Assembly: GCA_937982665.1 (NCBI GenBank)
Contig: CALJLD010000085.1
Location: 8,301-72,300 of the forward strand
DNA length: 64,000 nucleotides
DNA from: an uncultured Planctomycetales bacterium
GTDB lineage: Bacteria; Planctomycetota; Planctomycetia; Pirellulales; S012-138
Direction of reading: 5' to 3'
Part shown: positions 59,726 to 64,000 of the stretch, one piece after another
Numbering within the stretch: the first letter of the stretch is position 1
Layout of the letters: each line of letters opens with the position of its first letter
Notes under the pieces: model-generated
Database searches by the model: none
Seen by the model: the letters and a program-made list of their open reading frames with translations, nothing else
Told to the model about the DNA's origin: nothing
Made by a program: the position numbers and the translations under genes

Positions 59726-61036
59726 TCAGGTGATCTCGTAGCCTTCACGGAATTCCGGACGGACGATCTTTTCCAGTTCCGGTTTGCCCTTGGGCGTCAT
59801 GGATTCCGCATCCCATTCGACCTTCTCGCCGCTCCAGATGGCGAGATTGCCAAGCAGAATCGTCTCGGTGAGCGGGCCGGCATAGTCCACAAAGTTGGAC
59901 CGTGCAATTTGCCCGCCATTGATATGGCGAACCCATTCCTGGAAGTGGCCGGGCGACTTCTCAAACTCGATGTTCGCCGGCTTGGTAACGCCACCGTAGA
60001 CCTCAAATTCCGCACCGTAGTCGCTCCACGAGAAGAGCTTGCCCTTCTCGCCGACGATCAACGCGCCAGCCTTGGAGGCTTCGTGTTCCGCGCCTTCAAA
60101 CAACTCGGCCGGCGGGAGGTTGCCACCGTCATACCAGGTCAAGCGGACCGGGGCGCGGCCGTTGCGTTCGCCAAACTCAAAGACAATCTTCGACTTGGCG
60201 GGATAAGAGATCTTGTTGTGGCCGGACGATTCCGCGACGACTGATAGCGGGTCACGAAGATCCAAACCAGCGAAGGGCATGTTCAGCGTGTGGCAGGCCA
60301 TGTCACCAAGCGCACCCGTTCCGAAATCCCAGAATCCCCGCCAGGCGAACGGATGGTATTTGGGGGAATATGGCGTTTCCGCGGCACGGCCAATCCACTG
60401 GTCCCAGTGCACGGTTGGTGGCGCGGTTTCCGCCTCGGGGCGGTCAACACCTTGGTCCCAGATCGGACGGTCCGTCCAGACGTGGACTTCGGAAATTGTG
60501 CCCAGGTGGCCGTTCTTCAGCAGGCTGGCCGCCTGCCGGAGCCCGTCGAACGACGTGCCTTGATTTCCCATCATCGTGCAAACGCCAGTTTCTTCCGCCA
60601 CTTCGCGCATGCGGCGAGCTTCCCAAATGGAATGCGTCAGCGGCTTCTGGCAGAAGCAGTGTTTGCCCATTTGCATGGCTTTGATCGAGATCACAGCGTG
60701 ATTGTGATCCGGCGTGCTCACGGTGACCGCATCGATTTGGTCGCCCATCTCCGAGAACATCTCGCGGAAGTCGTAGAACTTTTTCGCGTTGCGATGCACG
60801 CGAGACGCACGATTGAGATTGTCTTCGTCGATATCGCAGATAGCGACGACATTGCCCGCCCCCAGCGCGTCACGAGAGTCACTGCGCCCTTTTCCGCCCA
60901 CTCCCACGCACGCAAATTGAATCTGCTCTTGCCGCATTCGGGGTTTTGCGGCTTCGAGGTTGCCTGCCAGCCAAAATCCGGCGCCGGCGGCTGCGGATGT
61001 TTGCAAGAATTGACGACGTGTGGGTTTGTTCGGCAT
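59726..61036 (-). CDS. Tat-secreted Gfo/Idh/MocA family NAD(P)-dependent oxidoreductase
   Basis: Twin-arginine signal (RRQFLQTSAAAGAGFWLA), Rossmann motif ACVGVGGKG, and C-terminal Gfo/Idh/MocA region. Confidence 0.8.
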   Translation of the reverse strand: MPNKPTRRQFLQTSAAAGAGFWLAGNLEAAKPRMRQEQIQFACVGVGGKGRSDSRDALGAGNVVAICDIDEDNLNRASRVHRNAKKFYDFREMFSEMGDQIDAVTVSTPDHNHAVISIKAMQMGKHCFCQKPLTHSIWEARRMREVAEETGVCTMMGNQGTSFDGLRQAASLLKNGHLGTISEVHVWTDRPIWDQGVDRPEAETAPPTVHWDQWIGRAAETPYSPKYHPFAWRGFWDFGTGALGDMACHTLNMPFAGLDLRDPLSVVAESSGHNKISYPAKSKIVFEFGERNGRAPVRLTWYDGGNLPPAELFEGAEHEASKAGALIVGEKGKLFSWSDYGAEFEVYGGVTKPANIEFEKSPGHFQEWVRHINGGQIARSNFVDYAGPLTETILLGNLAIWSGEKVEWDAESMTPKGKPELEKIVRPEFREGYEIT

Positions 61037-61401
61037 GCGTAACTCCTTAATGTGCCGGCAATATTCAGCTGGCGATGGGGGAAAAAGCCCCGGCGCGGTT
61101 ATTCGGGGTGGAGGACGGGCTTACAACAGGTTCAACACCGGCCAATACTATAGCAACCGCAGTCGCGGGAGGGAAAAACTCTTCGCGATGTTACGGCGAT
61201 TCTATGATTTTGAACTCTGGCGTAATGATTCGGTCCTGCAGTGATTCTTTGCCCCAAACTCGCAAATCCAGCGGCTTACGCTAACGCGTCCTTCCATTCA
61301 TACTCGTAGCTGTTTTGCCCCCCAGCGGTGCGAATTTCCTCGTGCCACATCATTCGTGCCCCCTTTTTGTGTGGCCCGCCGAAATTCGCGACTTCTCTTG
61401 G

Positions 61402-63753
61402 ATGCAAGCTCATTCCTCCAACCAGAACCGCTGGCTTTGGGTCTATCTCGGCCTCGGCGGCGTGGTTGCAGCGCTCGTGACTGGCCTGTCAATCGCGGGA
61501 TTCACGGGACATGGCCTGAAGGAACGGGAATTCGCGCAGTGGACGCAGAATGCCGACGGTCAAATCCTGGCCGAACAGCAGAATTATGCGGCGGTCAGCG
61601 AAATCTTCGGCGATTATCGCCATTACTGCCTGCTCGTCGTGGAATGCGATGACTTCTTTCAGCCAGAACGCTGGCTGGCTTTGGAGTCGGCCGTTGCTGA
61701 GCTTTCCTCCACAAACGGTGTGGTTCGCGTCTTTTGGGCAGGCTCAGTCCCCGAATTCTCCCGCGATCGGGCAGACATCTCCGTCGAGGAACTTTCCTGG
61801 CCATTGAACGAGATGGTCAAGCTTGCCATGAGCCAATGGGAAGACGTCCCTACGCCGGAATCTTCGTTGAGCGAATGGAATGCTTTTGGTGATCGAGTTC
61901 GGGCGCATCCTTTCGTCGATGGCCGATTGATTTCCTCAAACGGTCAGACCTTGTTGCTGCAAGTAGCGCCGTACGCAGCGGACGAAACTTTGCTGCAATA
62001 CGTCAGGACCCGCGGCAAGGAATTGTTGGAACCTCACGGCATGCACGTTCGCATGACTGGCGACATCCCGCTTTGGCACGCACATGACAAAGCCTTCGAC
62101 CGTTCGCATTATCAGGTGATGGGATTGGCCTTGGGCGTTTCCGTCGTCTTGGCAATTCTGATCTTCCGCGATCCCAGGTCTTTGATCCTGGTTGGGGTTG
62201 GGCCGGCTTTGGGTGGGTTTTGGGCGATCGGCATCGTCAATTGGCTTGGCGAGCCGCACAACGAGCTCACCGACATGATCCTGCCGGTCATGTTGACGAT
62301 GGTGGGCTTCACCGACACCGTGCATCTGGTGATTGACATCCGTCGGGAGAAGGCCCGCGGCGAAACTCCGTTGGCAGCCGCGATCTCGGCGATGCGCCGA
62401 GTTGGCCCGGCCTGTGTCTTGACCTCAATCACTACGGCAATTGGATTTGCAACGTTGATGCTCTCCGATTCCGAAGTCATCAGCAGCTTTGGCCGTTCTT
62501 CTGCAATTGCCGTGATGGTGATGCTTGTGGCAATCGCCTTTGCGACGCCGGTGTTTGCTGTGCTGTTGCGCGGCCCTGGCGTATCCAAGCGGCAGCGGCG
62601 TTTGGCGAACAGCAAAAACGCCGATGCAGCTACAGCAGAAAGCGGATCAGGAACGCTCCTGCAGAGCGTACTCCGATTGCCCAGCCGGCATCCGCGAATG
62701 CTGACGGCCATGGGATTGCTGCTCACTGTCGCCTTTGGGCTTGCTGCCAGCCGGTTGCAGCCTGATGACCGCAAAGGCGATCGTATGCCGCATACTGATG
62801 AAGCCTGGCAAGCGTTCGCCCATTGTGACGAAACCTTCGGCGGCACGCAGTTCATCAAGGTCATTGTCACCTGGTATGACGATGTCGACGAAACCCGAAT
62901 TGCTGCGGTGATCAATCAAGTAAGCGCGGCCATGGACGATGAGGAGTTGATCGCCAACCCAATGTCCGTGTTGACCTGGATGCAGTTGATTCCCAATCGC
63001 GGAGACAGCCAGCCGCCGCTGATGTTCGCCTCGCTGCTGCCGGAGGAAGTTCGCGGCTTGTTCTACAAACCAGAGTTGGGTAGCGCGCTTGTCGTGGCAA
63101 ATGTGCAGGACAAAGGTCTGATTGTCTATGAGCCTGTGCTGGGGCGAGTTCGCGATCGCCTGGCAGCCATCCAACAGCAGAACCCAGGCTTTGAACTGCG
63201 TTTGACCGGCGAGCCCATTCTGGAATCGCGAATTGTGCGGCACGTTGTGATTGGGTTGTTTCAAAGCTTGTTAACAACCGCTGTTTGTATTTTCCTCACG
63301 CTGACGATTGCGTTTCGCTCGCTGCGATTGGGTTTGATTTCGATCATTCCCAACACCATGCCGCTTTTGGCCGCCGCCACGTTCCGCTCATGCTTTGGAC
63401 AGTCGCTCGATATCGCCAGCGCCTGCGCGCTGATTATCGCTCTGGGGATTGCGGTGGATGACACCATCCATCTGATCTGGCGTTTTCAATACGAATTCAA
63501 AATCGGCGGAACGTCCGCTTCGATTGTTGAGCGGACCGTGCTAGGCGTGGGCAAGCCGCTGACGATGACCACCATCATCATGGTGTTGGGAATCGCCAGC
63601 GTGATCACAAGCGAGTTGCCCACGCATCGCTTCTTCGGTTGGATCGCATGCACGACGCTGACCGTGGCCTGGCTTGCCGATTTGATTTTGTTGCCGGCGA
63701 TGTTGAGTTGGTTGGCGAAGCCGCGGCGAGCTTCTGCAAAGATCGAGCTCTAA
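61402..63753 (+). CDS. RND-superfamily MMPL/SSD-type transporter
   Basis: Two six-TM bundles, each followed by the conserved GIAVDD.IH / TD..HL motifs, with periplasmic loops between them; ~780 aa from the internal ATG. Confidence 0.75.
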   Translation: MQAHSSNQNRWLWVYLGLGGVVAALVTGLSIAGFTGHGLKEREFAQWTQNADGQILAEQQNYAAVSEIFGDYRHYCLLVVECDDFFQPERWLALESAVAELSSTNGVVRVFWAGSVPEFSRDRADISVEELSWPLNEMVKLAMSQWEDVPTPESSLSEWNAFGDRVRAHPFVDGRLISSNGQTLLLQVAPYAADETLLQYVRTRGKELLEPHGMHVRMTGDIPLWHAHDKAFDRSHYQVMGLALGVSVVLAILIFRDPRSLILVGVGPALGGFWAIGIVNWLGEPHNELTDMILPVMLTMVGFTDTVHLVIDIRREKARGETPLAAAISAMRRVGPACVLTSITTAIGFATLMLSDSEVISSFGRSSAIAVMVMLVAIAFATPVFAVLLRGPGVSKRQRRLANSKNADAATAESGSGTLLQSVLRLPSRHPRMLTAMGLLLTVAFGLAASRLQPDDRKGDRMPHTDEAWQAFAHCDETFGGTQFIKVIVTWYDDVDETRIAAVINQVSAAMDDEELIANPMSVLTWMQLIPNRGDSQPPLMFASLLPEEVRGLFYKPELGSALVVANVQDKGLIVYEPVLGRVRDRLAAIQQQNPGFELRLTGEPILESRIVRHVVIGLFQSLLTTAVCIFLTLTIAFRSLRLGLISIIPNTMPLLAAATFRSCFGQSLDIASACALIIALGIAVDDTIHLIWRFQYEFKIGGTSASIVERTVLGVGKPLTMTTIIMVLGIASVITSELPTHRFFGWIACTTLTVAWLADLILLPAMLSWLAKPRRASAKIEL

Positions 63754-64000
63754 CTCGTTGCCCGGCCGACCGCCTCTGTGTTGCGCGGGGACAGATGGCG
63801 TCTCGCCGTGCAATCCATGCGCAGCAAAAGTATCAACGGTCAACGCCGAATTCCGCTCGGCCGGCTCAGTGAAGTTTTCTTCATCCGCAGCGGCTCAATC
63901 ACCGCGGCGCGCGGACTGGTGGTCAGCCCCGCTGAATTCTCCCCCTTATCGACCTCAACGAGCGCCCCCTGGAAAACGGAAACTCGCTCCGTGGGCCGAC

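Noticed and set aside
1-64000. CRISPR arrays, transposases or IS elements, reverse transcriptases.
   Set aside because: No regularly spaced direct repeats of 24-48 bp. No DDE/HUH transposase or RT (YADD) motifs in any frame.

Overview
This is a 64 kb, high-GC (~57%) chromosomal segment whose gene content points to a Planctomycete (PSCyt cytochrome-c repeat protein, DUF1598, DUF1080, DUF1571-like and Tat/Sec-signal proteins, HTH_17+receiver regulators, very large orphan proteins). Most of the window is housekeeping: ppdK, an aldo/keto reductase, glgC, leuS, coaB, comEC, an EF-G paralog, ybjQ, scpA, apt, truA, ggt, queG, argB, plsC and others. Four things stand out. (1) A selenocysteine tRNA (selC; 8-bp acceptor stem, UCA anticodon, long variable arm) lies on the minus strand at ~56229-56325, next to an excisionase-type HTH gene but with no integrase. 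(2) A loosely clustered membrane/proteostasis neighbourhood at 48.5-56 kb holds an SPFH-domain protein with its upstream partner ORF, plsC, a Gram-positive-type mcsA-mcsB arginine-kinase pair without ctsR/clpC, and a long NfeD protease. (3) A gene-sparse accessory stretch at 34.5-44.1 kb contains two orphan SUKH-superfamily immunity proteins, an HTH_17+receiver one-component regulator preceded by ~900 bp of non-coding DNA, an iteron-like array of GTTACAYCC repeats phased about one helical turn apart, and two inverted copies of a 27-nt hairpin element carrying a compensatory base change. (4) A DUF1080 (3-keto-glycoside hydrolase family) gene sits directly downstream of a Tat-signal Gfo/Idh/MocA oxidoreductase gene, which looks like a periplasmic oxidative glycoside-cleavage module. 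I found no CRISPR array, integrase or transposase. I did not recognise the 1362-aa acidic-tract protein (19417-23505) or several small membrane proteins. I checked adjacent same-frame ORF pairs for UGA recoding and found no selenoprotein gene in this window.
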